NCBI GenBank assembly: GCA_963828195.1
Contig: CAWHDT010000003.1
Coordinates: 288,001-352,000 of the forward strand
Origin: Candidatus Bathyarchaeota archaeon
GTDB lineage: Archaea > Thermoproteota > Bathyarchaeia > Bathyarchaeales > Bathycorpusculaceae
DNA length: 64,000 nt
Reading direction: 5' to 3'
In this document: positions 29,899-38,697 of the stretch, piece by piece
How the letters are laid out: the number at the start of each line of letters is the position of its first letter
How positions within the stretch are numbered: position 1 is the first letter of the stretch
Position numbers and translations under genes: made by a program
The notes under the pieces: generated by a model
Seen by the model: only the letters and a program-made list of their open reading frames with translations
Database searches by the model: none
Told to the model about the DNA's origin: nothing

Positions 29899-31143
29899 TT
29901 AGTGTGTTTTGTACCTTAAGAGAGCGGCAAAACCGCTTAAAGCGGTAAGCTTTGCTTTTTCCTGTGACTCTGTAGATATGACTTCAACCAGCCCGTTTGT
30001 TTGCGCAGCCAAATCCTCTAAAACATCCACTATATCCTTCTCCTCCACCGAGTAATCAACGGCTTTGCATCTCTCGCATGGATGCGATATCATTTCTCGA
30101 ACAGCCTGAGCCTTCTCTTTCACATTTACTATGTTCGTCTTTGATAACTCGCATTTCTTGCACATTACAACGATTTCAATCATATCCGTTTTGTCTGTCA
30201 CCAAGGCAACTTCCACTTCGCCTTTTTCAAGTGCGTTCAAAACTGGATCTAACCCGTAAATAGCCAACCCATCAGGCTTGGCAGTTTCCGCCAAAAGACG
30301 CTGCACAACCAGCTTCTCCTCCGGCGCACACATATTGTTGATTGTTTCAGACGATTTAGCAAGCACCTCTCGTACGCCTTCTTTGCCCGCGGATTGGCTA
30401 TCAACTGTGCCTATTAGCGCATTTTTTAGTTCGCAATGGAGGTAATCGCCGCTTAAGAAATCCTCTTTGGTGTGGCCGGGTCCTCCAACTAGCAGCGCCG
30501 TGACTTTGTGGTTCTCAAGAAATTCTTTTGCTGCGTGCTCAGCAATCCTGTGGAAAAAGTATGTAACTTCCATGTCTCGTTCTCGCTCGTATCGTCTTTG
30601 GCTTGACCCGCCTTTTCCAGATTTTCCCGGAATCCCAGATGTAATGTTTTCAAGTAATTCAAGGCGTTCACCATTAAGTATCCCGAAGCTCGCCTCCTTT
30701 GAATCCAACGAGATAAGCCCCACAACATGCTGATTTCTCAGCATTTCCCTCAGCGGATCTAGATGGAAATGATTATCAACGTTGTAGAAGTAGGCGGTAA
30801 TCGGCTCTGGCGGAACAACTTCTTCAACGTGTAAAGCGTCGCTTTCCAACTCGTTCGCAGCGAAAGTTCCAGCAAATAAGGCAAGCCCGTTTCCCGGATT
30901 TTCCTTCTGCAGCTTTAGATGCTGGATCAGATTTTTGAGGCCTTCTTGTAGGCGGTTTTTCTCGCTTTCAGATTTCGCGGCGGCAGAGTCCGATTCACAC
31001 TTGAGAAATGCGGCCAGCTCATCCACTGATTTCTCCCGAGGAATATAGAGCGAGATGAACTCCATTCCCCGTCCCTCCTTATCAGACAGATACGCAATAA
31101 GCTTTCTGAGTTTATGCTGCTTCACTGAATTGCTGGTCGCCAT
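29899..31143 (-). CDS. aRF1/eRF1-family paralog with degenerate stop-recognition motifs
   Basis: Full N-M-C architecture (ISLYIP, PPEPI, GGPG.TK, YG, CxxC...CxxC ribbon, AALLRY); GME, AAKS, YNVDNHF and GGSSQRRY where GTE, NIKS, YxCxxxF and GGQS are expected. Confidence 0.88.
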   Translation of the reverse strand: MATSNSVKQHKLRKLIAYLSDKEGRGMEFISLYIPREKSVDELAAFLKCESDSAAAKSESEKNRLQEGLKNLIQHLKLQKENPGNGLALFAGTFAANELESDALHVEEVVPPEPITAYFYNVDNHFHLDPLREMLRNQHVVGLISLDSKEASFGILNGERLELLENITSGIPGKSGKGGSSQRRYERERDMEVTYFFHRIAEHAAKEFLENHKVTALLVGGPGHTKEDFLSGDYLHCELKNALIGTVDSQSAGKEGVREVLAKSSETINNMCAPEEKLVVQRLLAETAKPDGLAIYGLDPVLNALEKGEVEVALVTDKTDMIEIVVMCKKCELSKTNIVNVKEKAQAVREMISHPCERCKAVDYSVEEKDIVDVLEDLAAQTNGLVEVISTESQEKAKLTALSGFAALLRYKTH

Positions 31144-31282
31144 CTGGCACCCGTGAAAATGCGCTAACTTTTCTGAAACCAAACTCTACACCTAATTATT
31201 AAACTACGTAGATACAAATTTATCAGTTTCTCAGAATTATAGCCAACCCGTATTGGTATCACGATGCGTTGGGACGAGCTGT

Positions 31283-31837
31283 TTACGTTCTTTGCATCAT
31301 TGGAAATTTGTAATTCGTTTTTTTGCCAATAAAGTAGCCAATGAAACCGCCTGTTATCCAAGAAAGAATAAGGGTGATTCCAGCAAAATAATCGGCAGTT
31401 AAGTCTGTCATCCCCCACCTAAACCCGCTTGCATTTGAAATCAACATAATTATAGCCCAAAAAGCAAAACCAAGTAGAGATGCTCCAACAATCACGTAAA
31501 TTTCTTTGCCAAGCTTAACTCCGCTTTTCCCAAACTTCTGTCTGTAGCTGTCTAATTCAAGTTCTGGGAAAGCAATCATTTCATCTAAAACAAAATGACC
31601 CTTATCCGTAAGTGAAAATTGTGAATCTGCTTGTTCAGATATTAAATGCTCTTCATCAATTGTTAATTTTTCAAGAGTGTTTAATTGATATGTAAGCTCT
31701 TGAGCGTCGTCAATCTTTAAATTAGTCATTAAATCGTCAAAAGTTAAATGTCCATGTTCGCCAAGTTGCAGTAATATTTTTTGGCGCAGAGGCTCTTTTA
31801 AAATTTCATGCAACTGAACAAGCTTTTCATCGTTCAT
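31283..31837 (-). CDS. Winged-HTH protein with two C-terminal TM helices
   Basis: LHEILKEPLRQKIL, LTFDDLM, FSLTDKG; hydrophobic C-terminus. Confidence 0.75.
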   Translation of the reverse strand: MNDEKLVQLHEILKEPLRQKILLQLGEHGHLTFDDLMTNLKIDDAQELTYQLNTLEKLTIDEEHLISEQADSQFSLTDKGHFVLDEMIAFPELELDSYRQKFGKSGVKLGKEIYVIVGASLLGFAFWAIIMLISNASGFRWGMTDLTADYFAGITLILSWITGGFIGYFIGKKTNYKFPMMQRT

Positions 31838-32068
31838 GCAATCTGCTTCAATTTATAGCAATATTAGCTTTTCCGAGAAGCTATCTATCATCAATACTGG
31901 TAGCTCGAGTTGAATATTGGTCGAACTCATTTGGTTTTTGGGAGACATGACGCATAAAGCCGAACTCAAAGAGAGCGGAGCAAATCAGAACCCAAGAATT
32001 TGTTTTTGTTTAAGCATAATGTTAAAGAGTTAACAAAACCAAAAGAAGCCTATTACGGTTGATTACTG

Positions 32069-32620
32069 ATGAGCGAGACCAAAAAAACGCAGACTCCCGA
32101 ATTCAGAACCTGCGGCACGTTGGCGAAAAAAGGCGTTGTGGTAGCTGAGCAAAGCAGTATAGACGCGTTGACCTCACGCGGCTACGGCACATTAGAGGAT
32201 AAGGTTTTCACGCTTACATTTTTTGAGGCCCTGTATCTATTGGATAAGGGCATGTTGGAAGTTAAAGGCGAAGAGGGCAAAGCTGCGGATTTCCAAACGC
32301 TACTGCACTGCTACGAAACCCAAAACGAGAACGGGTGGGTCAGCTATCTTGTTTACCGCGACCTGAGAAGCCGCGGCTATGTGGCGCGGGAAGGATTCGG
32401 CGCTGGAATTGACTTTCGCATCTATGAGCGGGGCGCATACGGCAAGGATACGGCGCCTTACTTGGTTTTGAGCACTCAAGAGGGGAAACCGTTGGGTATA
32501 GACGAGTTAGCAGATGCCCTGCAGCAGTGCCAGAGCCAAAAGAAAGAAATGATTTTGGCAGTTATGAACCGCCGAGGCGAAATAGTCTACTACTCAGTCT
32601 CACAGTTAACGTTCAAATAA
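32069..32620 (+). CDS. endA: tRNA splicing endonuclease subunit, probably structural (non-catalytic)
   Basis: LTFFEALYL, YLVYRDLRSRGY, DFRIYERG, IVYY; catalytic Tyr and His positions appear substituted (GFGAG, KDTAPY). Confidence 0.85.
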   Translation: MSETKKTQTPEFRTCGTLAKKGVVVAEQSSIDALTSRGYGTLEDKVFTLTFFEALYLLDKGMLEVKGEEGKAADFQTLLHCYETQNENGWVSYLVYRDLRSRGYVAREGFGAGIDFRIYERGAYGKDTAPYLVLSTQEGKPLGIDELADALQQCQSQKKEMILAVMNRRGEIVYYSVSQLTFK

Positions 32621-32634
32621 GCCCGTGGAAAAAC

Positions 32635-33435
32635 ATGGCAAACCCAAGTTATAACTGGAACGCGGCGGACTACGCAAAAAACAGCCAAAACCAGCAACAG
32701 TGGGCACGGGAGCTTATTCCCAAACTAAAACTGCGCGGAAACGAGGCTTTGCTGGACATCGGCTGCGGCGACGGAAAAATCACGGCAGAACTTGCACGGC
32801 ACCTGCCTGAGGGCTGGGCAGTGGGAGTTGACAGTTCAGAAAAAATGATAAATCTGGCACAAAACTCTTTTCCGCAAAAAGATTACCCGAACCTGACTTT
32901 CCAAGTTATGGATGCAAGGAAACTGGCTTTCCAATCGCAATTCGACATAGCATTTTCTAACGCGGCGCTGCACTGGATTGTTGACCAAAAATCCGTTCTT
33001 GCGGGCGTGCAAAGAAGCCTTAAGCCAGGCGGCAGACTGCTGTTTCAGATGGCGGGCAAAGGCAACGCCAAAGACGTACTCAGCATCATATACGAGTTGG
33101 CGGATGAAGACCCTTGGACACAGTATTTCCACAAAATGGCGTTCCCCTATGGCTTCTATGACCCTGAAGAATACAGAGGTTTCCTTAAACAGGCAGGTTT
33201 GGCGGCTGAGCGGGTTGAGCTTTTTCCCAGAGACATGAAATTTAACGGCGCAGAGGGCTTAGCAGGATGGATAAGAACCACGTGGCTGCCCTTCACAGAC
33301 AAGCTACCCGCAGAGCTTAGACAGAAATTCGTTGAGCAAATCGTCAACCGCTACCTCAAAAATCACCCCTCAGACGCTGAGGGCACGGTTCACGTTTGCA
33401 TGATACGCATAGAAGCAGAAGCTTACAAATCGTAA
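32635..33435 (+). CDS. Class I SAM methyltransferase (trans-aconitate methyltransferase-like)
   Basis: WNAADY, LLDIGCGDGKIT, FSNAALHW, LKPGG. Confidence 0.9.
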   Translation: MANPSYNWNAADYAKNSQNQQQWARELIPKLKLRGNEALLDIGCGDGKITAELARHLPEGWAVGVDSSEKMINLAQNSFPQKDYPNLTFQVMDARKLAFQSQFDIAFSNAALHWIVDQKSVLAGVQRSLKPGGRLLFQMAGKGNAKDVLSIIYELADEDPWTQYFHKMAFPYGFYDPEEYRGFLKQAGLAAERVELFPRDMKFNGAEGLAGWIRTTWLPFTDKLPAELRQKFVEQIVNRYLKNHPSDAEGTVHVCMIRIEAEAYKS

Positions 33436-33451
33436 AGAATATTAATGGACC

Positions 33452-33664
33452 TTAGATAACCCCCGCTTTTTCTCTGCGATTAATCTGAGCAACCTTAAGA
33501 ATAGAAGCAAAATAATCCAAGTCCTCGTCTGGAACCTGCCAACGATTCTTGTTAACCGATGAATCAATCGCTTGGCCCTCTATGATGCCTGTTTGTCTTA
33601 GGTCATCAAGACTAGCTTTTACATCGACGTCATATATCAATTCCAAAGTCTGATTCGCCTCCAT
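33452..33664 (-). pseudogene. Truncated N-terminal fragment resembling an archaeal provirus prohead protease/scaffold gene
   Basis: IEGQAIDSSVNKNRWQVPDEDLDYF..L..AQ; ggagg RBS; ends abruptly; assignment from recalled resemblance. Confidence 0.55.
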
Positions 33665-33756
33665 TAGCACTTTTACGAAAAGCCAACGTGGAAAAAAAAT
33701 CAAGTTAGACCTTTCCGATGCGTGGGTGTACTCTCCCAGTCTTCAATCTCTTCCTC

Positions 33757-33784
33757 GTTCTAATTTTTAGAACAATTGTTCTAA
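33757..33784. promoter_or_regulatory. Triple alternating half-site palindrome (putative operator)
   Basis: GTTCTAA-ttt-TTAGAAC-aatt-GTTCTAA, about 47 bp upstream of 33831. Confidence 0.5.
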
Positions 33785-33830
33785 GAAGAAGGCATAAGAG
33801 CGATTGCAATAAGTCATTCTATGGATAACC

Positions 33831-34469
33831 ATGAAGAAAATACTCTTGGTCACAGTTGCAGTTATACTTACAATAATTCTTGCTCTTAGTTATTTTATCA
33901 TTATCACGCCAGTTGAGAAAGCTGAAAAGCCTGATGCAAGTGATGCTTCACATATTCCTGCTAGTGACCCTGTTCCAAATCTCGTTTTCACAGTGAGCTC
34001 GGAAGTGCTTAACAGCCCAATGATTGACAATAAGCTTGCTTTGCCACCACCAAATTATTACACTAATGTTACTCAGGGAAGTGACCTAAAAATCAATGTA
34101 ACAATTACGTCAACCGGACTTGAAGAAGTAGTCAACGTTACGAGCGTTGATGTATGGTGGTATAATCCCCAAGTTAATTTGTACACATGGTATGAGCCAC
34201 CTAACACAGGTAATGAAAGCAGTGTAATTCAGGCAAGTGCTTTTAACTATTCTTCAAGCCCTAACCCTGTCAGCCTACAACCATCCACGTCCAATTCCAC
34301 CATTATCACACTTAACATAGCAAAAGATGCACCTACGGGTCAATATTCGATGTACATAAATCTGGAGGCTGAACTCAAGCAATCAAATGAAAATGAAACC
34401 TCAGAATTTAACGTACTGGAACAGGCATATTGGTTTTCGATGATAATAAATCCTGGTCCAACTGCTTAA
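33831..34469 (+). CDS. Membrane-anchored secreted protein with Ig-like beta-sandwich
   Basis: N-terminal TM; IAKDAPTGQY motif; many N-x-S/T sequons. Confidence 0.7.
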   Translation: MKKILLVTVAVILTIILALSYFIIITPVEKAEKPDASDASHIPASDPVPNLVFTVSSEVLNSPMIDNKLALPPPNYYTNVTQGSDLKINVTITSTGLEEVVNVTSVDVWWYNPQVNLYTWYEPPNTGNESSVIQASAFNYSSSPNPVSLQPSTSNSTIITLNIAKDAPTGQYSMYINLEAELKQSNENETSEFNVLEQAYWFSMIINPGPTA

Positions 34470-34551
34470 CACAATAGCATGCGCAGTTCGGGTGTACGTT
34501 GCAGGCGAAGGTATCATCGGCGACAAATTCACCGTAGGGAAAGAGAGAGCG
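34408..34551 (-). pseudogene. C-terminal fragment of a MuF/SPP1 gp7-like head morphogenesis gene (copy 1)
   Basis: RSLFPYGEFVADDTFACNVHPNCACYCVKQ preceded by an in-frame TAG; 34461..34542 is 70/82 identical to 35312..35393. Confidence 0.75.
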
Positions 34552-34775
34552 CTAAGCCATCATTTCAGTATGTATCGTAGCAGTTGGAATAACCTGCCTA
34601 TTGCCCGTAATATTTACCCCACAAATTTCTGGGCGTCGATTTGCATATAATTGGACCTCCTTGCGAATAAGCAAATTTTAAATAAAGGCGCAGTTTAAGA
34701 AGATAGATAGATAAACCTGAAAATCGGGTAGAAAAAATTTTCTAAACAAAATTGTATCCCATTGAAGGTTAACCC

Positions 34776-35210
34776 ATGGTCTCAAAGATTTCCAAAGGAA
34801 CAGGAACAAAATTCTCCAGATATGCCATTATACTTGCCATAGTGATGATTGTGAACGTCGTGATAATCATCCTTTTGACTCCAATTGGCTTTGAGACCCG
34901 CCCGACATCCGCCTTGAAGACGCTCGGCTACATTGCGATTACTACTATTTTTGTCGGTCTCGCACTGGACTTGACGTCAATTGTCCTTCTGTTGAAGAGA
35001 ATCAGAGTCAGATTAGCTTCGAGTCTTGTGATCATCAGCTCGGTCGCATTCCTCTTGGTCATTTTGGTAGATCGAACCGGGTCCTTCTTCTCGGTACCAA
35101 CCCCTCCTGCAATTAACCACCTCGAATACATCTTCGCCGCCGTATTGATCGTGACCCTCATTATTGCGTCATTGGTCTACAGAGAGAGTAAGCACACTTC
35201 AAGCCATTGA
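34776..35210 (+). CDS. Uncharacterised 4-TM membrane protein
   Basis: Four hydrophobic segments; TPIGFETRP motif. Confidence 0.75.
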   Translation: MVSKISKGTGTKFSRYAIILAIVMIVNVVIIILLTPIGFETRPTSALKTLGYIAITTIFVGLALDLTSIVLLLKRIRVRLASSLVIISSVAFLLVILVDRTGSFFSVPTPPAINHLEYIFAAVLIVTLIIASLVYRESKHTSSH

Positions 35211-35291
35211 CTTCTGTCGAACTCCAGACACAGAATCCGGAAAGCTTTCGACAGTTGTTGCATTATTTCCAGCTTTCACACTCATGCAACT

Positions 35292-35612
35292 TCAAGCATT
35301 TTGAAAATCTGACTGCTTAACACAGGAGCATGCGCAGTTCGGGTGAACGTTGCAAGCAAAGGTTTCATCGGCTACGAATTCGCCCCACGGAAAAATATCC
35401 TTCAGATCGTCAGGGTCATCCAGCTCGTACTCGCCGCCGTCGTAATCTGCGCATTTTGCGAATGTGTTAGGGTTTTTGGAGTTGTAGAAGCGCCAGGTAG
35501 AGAATTTTATGTTAGGATCCACAACAGCAGCTTCAAAGCTTTTGACAGCGATAACGGCGATGACCGCCTCCTGATATATCTCCAGCACAAGGCTTCCTCT
35601 TTTTCCGTTCAT
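35292..35612 (-). CDS. Small MuF/SPP1 gp7-like head morphogenesis protein (copy 2)
   Basis: T(F)AKC..YDG and HPNCAC correspond to the CxxC..DG and HPNCRC motifs of this family. Confidence 0.65.
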   Translation of the reverse strand: MNGKRGSLVLEIYQEAVIAVIAVKSFEAAVVDPNIKFSTWRFYNSKNPNTFAKCADYDGGEYELDDPDDLKDIFPWGEFVADETFACNVHPNCACSCVKQSDFQNA

Positions 35613-35733
35613 TGATGCTTAGTTAAGAAACTTTGACATAACAACGAAATTCTACCTCAAGAAAGTTTGACGAATAACCTTTTATCGGTCTTGCTGCCCA
35701 ACAACTTATTGAAACCAAGAGGGTGAATAACAA

Positions 35734-36273
35734 TTGCCTGACATGAGAGCTCCCTCAAGAAGAAAAGTTATACTGTTGGGTTTGTTAGCTATTCTTATAA
35801 TATTCATGGGCTATGTCATTTATGTAGACGTTGATAATGCGATAAAAAGTTCTAATCCATCGCCTACAACTAAGCCCGTGATTGAACAGCTAATTCCCCC
35901 TGCCTACCCAAATAATCCTTCTAATTACTCGCTTGTGAGTAACTACTCAATAACTATCCCCGAAATATACACTGGTGGCGACATTCCAGTGTATTACGTT
36001 TCTATGAAATTTATAGCGCCATTATCTAGTCTTCAAAGCGAAGAAAATTGGACTATTACAAATTACACCGTCCTTAGGGTGCCATTTCCTTTTACCACTT
36101 GGGCAAGCAACACAAGCACGTCTTCAAGCCCGTACTCAATTGCCCAAATTCTTCCAGCAGTCTTTAACGGAACAACAATAGCAGTTAAAGTTGATGTATA
36201 TGGATACAACGGCTTTGGTGTCCAGTTTGAAACTTCCAAAGAATGGAATGTAACGGAATATGTTTACAGTTAG
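35734..36273 (+). CDS. Membrane-anchored secreted protein
   Basis: RRK followed by TM; S/T/N-rich extracellular domain; agggtga RBS. Confidence 0.7.
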   Translation: MPDMRAPSRRKVILLGLLAILIIFMGYVIYVDVDNAIKSSNPSPTTKPVIEQLIPPAYPNNPSNYSLVSNYSITIPEIYTGGDIPVYYVSMKFIAPLSSLQSEENWTITNYTVLRVPFPFTTWASNTSTSSSPYSIAQILPAVFNGTTIAVKVDVYGYNGFGVQFETSKEWNVTEYVYS

Positions 36274-36633
36274 TGCACCACATCTTTTCTCCAAACAGGT
36301 GTAAACGGTAACTCTTAAGTCGAGAAACTACTTGCGGTATCTATATCCTTTGCAGTTATGGTGTCAAAGCAGTCAAGGCAAGGCTCGCACAAGATACGCA
36401 GCCCCATTACCCGCCTTAACCGACTTCGCAGGCAACTTACTATGAACCTTTCTCGATTAACTTGAACTTTCAGAGTGCTGTTCTTCTGGCTGTCCGAACG
36501 TCTCTGGTTGCATTGTTGCTGCGGCTTCAAATCACCCCTATTTGCCTCTAGCATTCCAAGTTCGGCAAAGGCTTCTTTTCACTAAAATGTGTCAATCACT
36601 TTAAGCCGTATTCTTCGGCAAAACTTTTTATCT

Positions 36634-36859
36634 TTATAAATTTGCCGCGTCTACAAGTTTCTCAATTTCTTTGACGAACTCTGGCTTTAGTTCGTGACCA
36701 TTTACTTCGGTGGTATCTAGATAAACTTGAATGACTTCGTTGATTCCATTCATCACTTCATCAAGAGTTTTTCCCTGAATGTGACAGCCTGGTAAACTCA
36801 GGAACAGAAGCTACATAATATCCATCCTTATCCTTTTCAACGACTATACCCAATTTCAC
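36634..36859 (-). pseudogene. hicB: HicB-family antitoxin, frameshifted, with no hicA partner seen
   Basis: MKLGIVVEKDKDGYYVASVPE / PGCHIQGKTLDEVMNGINEVIQVYL with one extra base near 36795. Confidence 0.8.
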
Positions 36860-37017
36860 TTTATCACTAGGCATTACACTGAAATGAGATAACCATTACT
36901 AAAGCCTTTTTTCAATGCTAACTTGCGTGTTTAGCGGATTTTGAGTCGGATAGATTCAAACTCTGTGCGAGAGTTTAAAAGAATAATTGCTGCATCTTAA
37001 GCAAAGGAGAAAACGCT

Positions 37018-38292
37018 ATGCCAACGTTCCAAACTGTCCGCGGAATGCGGGATTTACTCGGTGAAGAAGCGCAGACCTTCACACACATAATCGCCAAAGC
37101 CCGAGAGACCGCTGCGCTCTACGGCTACAAAGAAGCTATAACGCCAGTGGTTGAGCCGCTTGAGCTACTCAGCGCGAAGTCCGGTGAAGAAATCCGCCAG
37201 CGCATGTTCATATTCAAGGATTTGGGCGAGCGTCAAGTGGCGCTACGTCCAGAATTCACCGCTTCAATCGCGCGGCTAGCCACAACAGCCCTCAAAAACG
37301 AACCCAAACCCCTTCGGCTTTTCTCAGTGGGCAGCGTTTACCGTTATGATGAGCCGCAGCGTGGGCGGTATCGGGAGTTTTGGCAGTCAAACTTCGAACT
37401 CATGGGCTCAGGCAGACCTGAGGCAGACGCCGAAATCGTCTTGCTGACAAACAGCTTGATGATGGGGTTGGGTTTGCATGGTTACGCCTTCAAAATCGGC
37501 CATATCGGCGTGATACGGGGGATACTCAGCCAAGAGGGCGTGGAAGAAAAGACCCAGAACGCAATTCTGCAGCGCATGGATAAGAAAGAATACGAGGAAG
37601 CGTTCAAGCTGGCGCCCACGGAGAAGTGCCGCGTTATGCTTGAAGGGCTGCTCGAGTTGAAGGGAGGCGACTGTTTTGAAACGGTCGAAAAAATCAAGAG
37701 CTATGTGGCTGGCTGCGATAAAGCTAAGGCTGCAGCAGAAAACCTGTGCGAAATCCTCAAGCTCATTGTTGAGAGCGGCTGTCCAATTCAAACAGTTGAG
37801 CCCGCGTTCGCAAGGGGCTTGGAGTATTACACGGGCATGATTTTTGAAATCTATATTCCCGAACTGGACATTGCATTGGGCGGCGGAGGCAGATATGACA
37901 GACTTATCGAATTATTCGGCGGGGAACCCACGCCAGCGGTTGGCTGCGCTCACGGGATTGACAGGGTCGCGCTTGCGTTGCAAACCCAGAAAGCAACAGT
38001 TGCAGGCAAAGCTGGACCCCGCGTGCTTGTTCTCGCCGTGAACGAGGCGCTCAAGGCTGAAGCATTAAAAATTGCGCAGATGCTTCGAGGCTTGGGGGTT
38101 GTTGTGGAGTTTGAAATTATGGGCAGGAAGATGGGGAAGGCTTTGGAGGATGCGGATAAGCGGAAAGCTGATTTCGCGGTGATTGTCGGTGAACGTGAAC
38201 TCAAGGACGGCGCTGTAATGCTTAGGAATCTATCTAGGCGGGAGCAAACGACTGTTCAAATTAAAGAGTTGGCTGAAAAAATCAGAAGCTAA
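37018..38292 (+). CDS. hisS: Histidine--tRNA ligase
   Basis: VRGMRD, LRPEFT, YRYDEPQRGRYREF, RGLEYYTG, GGGRYD. Confidence 0.97.
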   Translation: MPTFQTVRGMRDLLGEEAQTFTHIIAKARETAALYGYKEAITPVVEPLELLSAKSGEEIRQRMFIFKDLGERQVALRPEFTASIARLATTALKNEPKPLRLFSVGSVYRYDEPQRGRYREFWQSNFELMGSGRPEADAEIVLLTNSLMMGLGLHGYAFKIGHIGVIRGILSQEGVEEKTQNAILQRMDKKEYEEAFKLAPTEKCRVMLEGLLELKGGDCFETVEKIKSYVAGCDKAKAAAENLCEILKLIVESGCPIQTVEPAFARGLEYYTGMIFEIYIPELDIALGGGGRYDRLIELFGGEPTPAVGCAHGIDRVALALQTQKATVAGKAGPRVLVLAVNEALKAEALKIAQMLRGLGVVVEFEIMGRKMGKALEDADKRKADFAVIVGERELKDGAVMLRNLSRREQTTVQIKELAEKIRS

Positions 38293-38697
38293 ACTTCAAC
38301 ACCCTTTCTATGTTAAAATGCACTTTTCTGCGTGCAAAGTGCGCGGCTTTCACTCGTTGCACGCCTATGTTGAATCATGTTTTGAGCCTAATTGACGCAT
38401 TCATACGACTAGAGAGTAGCCCACACAAAAGCGCTCTGCCTAAGAGGATACCTACTATTTGCGCCAAAAAACCGCCACAAATATGGAAGGCGGAAGAAGA
38501 AGAAAAATTGTTTTCACCAGCTTCTTCTTCTTTAAAAATTTTGCCAAGAAGAAGAACAACAGTTGCTCTTCAGGTGTTGTTGTTCTTTCAAAAATTAAAA
38601 TTCTACCAAAATCCAGCCACAAAAAATGGAGAATAACAAGCGAGCTCACGTTGAAATTAAAAAATTCAGCAGCGGAAAACTGTATGCTACTTTATGG

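Noticed and set aside
35343-35615. 90-aa plus-strand ORF
   Set aside because: The synonymous substitution pattern shows the minus strand is the coding one.
36315-36554. 79-aa minus-strand ORF with Cys residues
   Set aside because: No recognisable motif; probably a degenerate remnant or spurious.
33450-36900. Intact provirus or integron
   Set aside because: No integrase, terminase, capsid or attC-like palindromes are visible.
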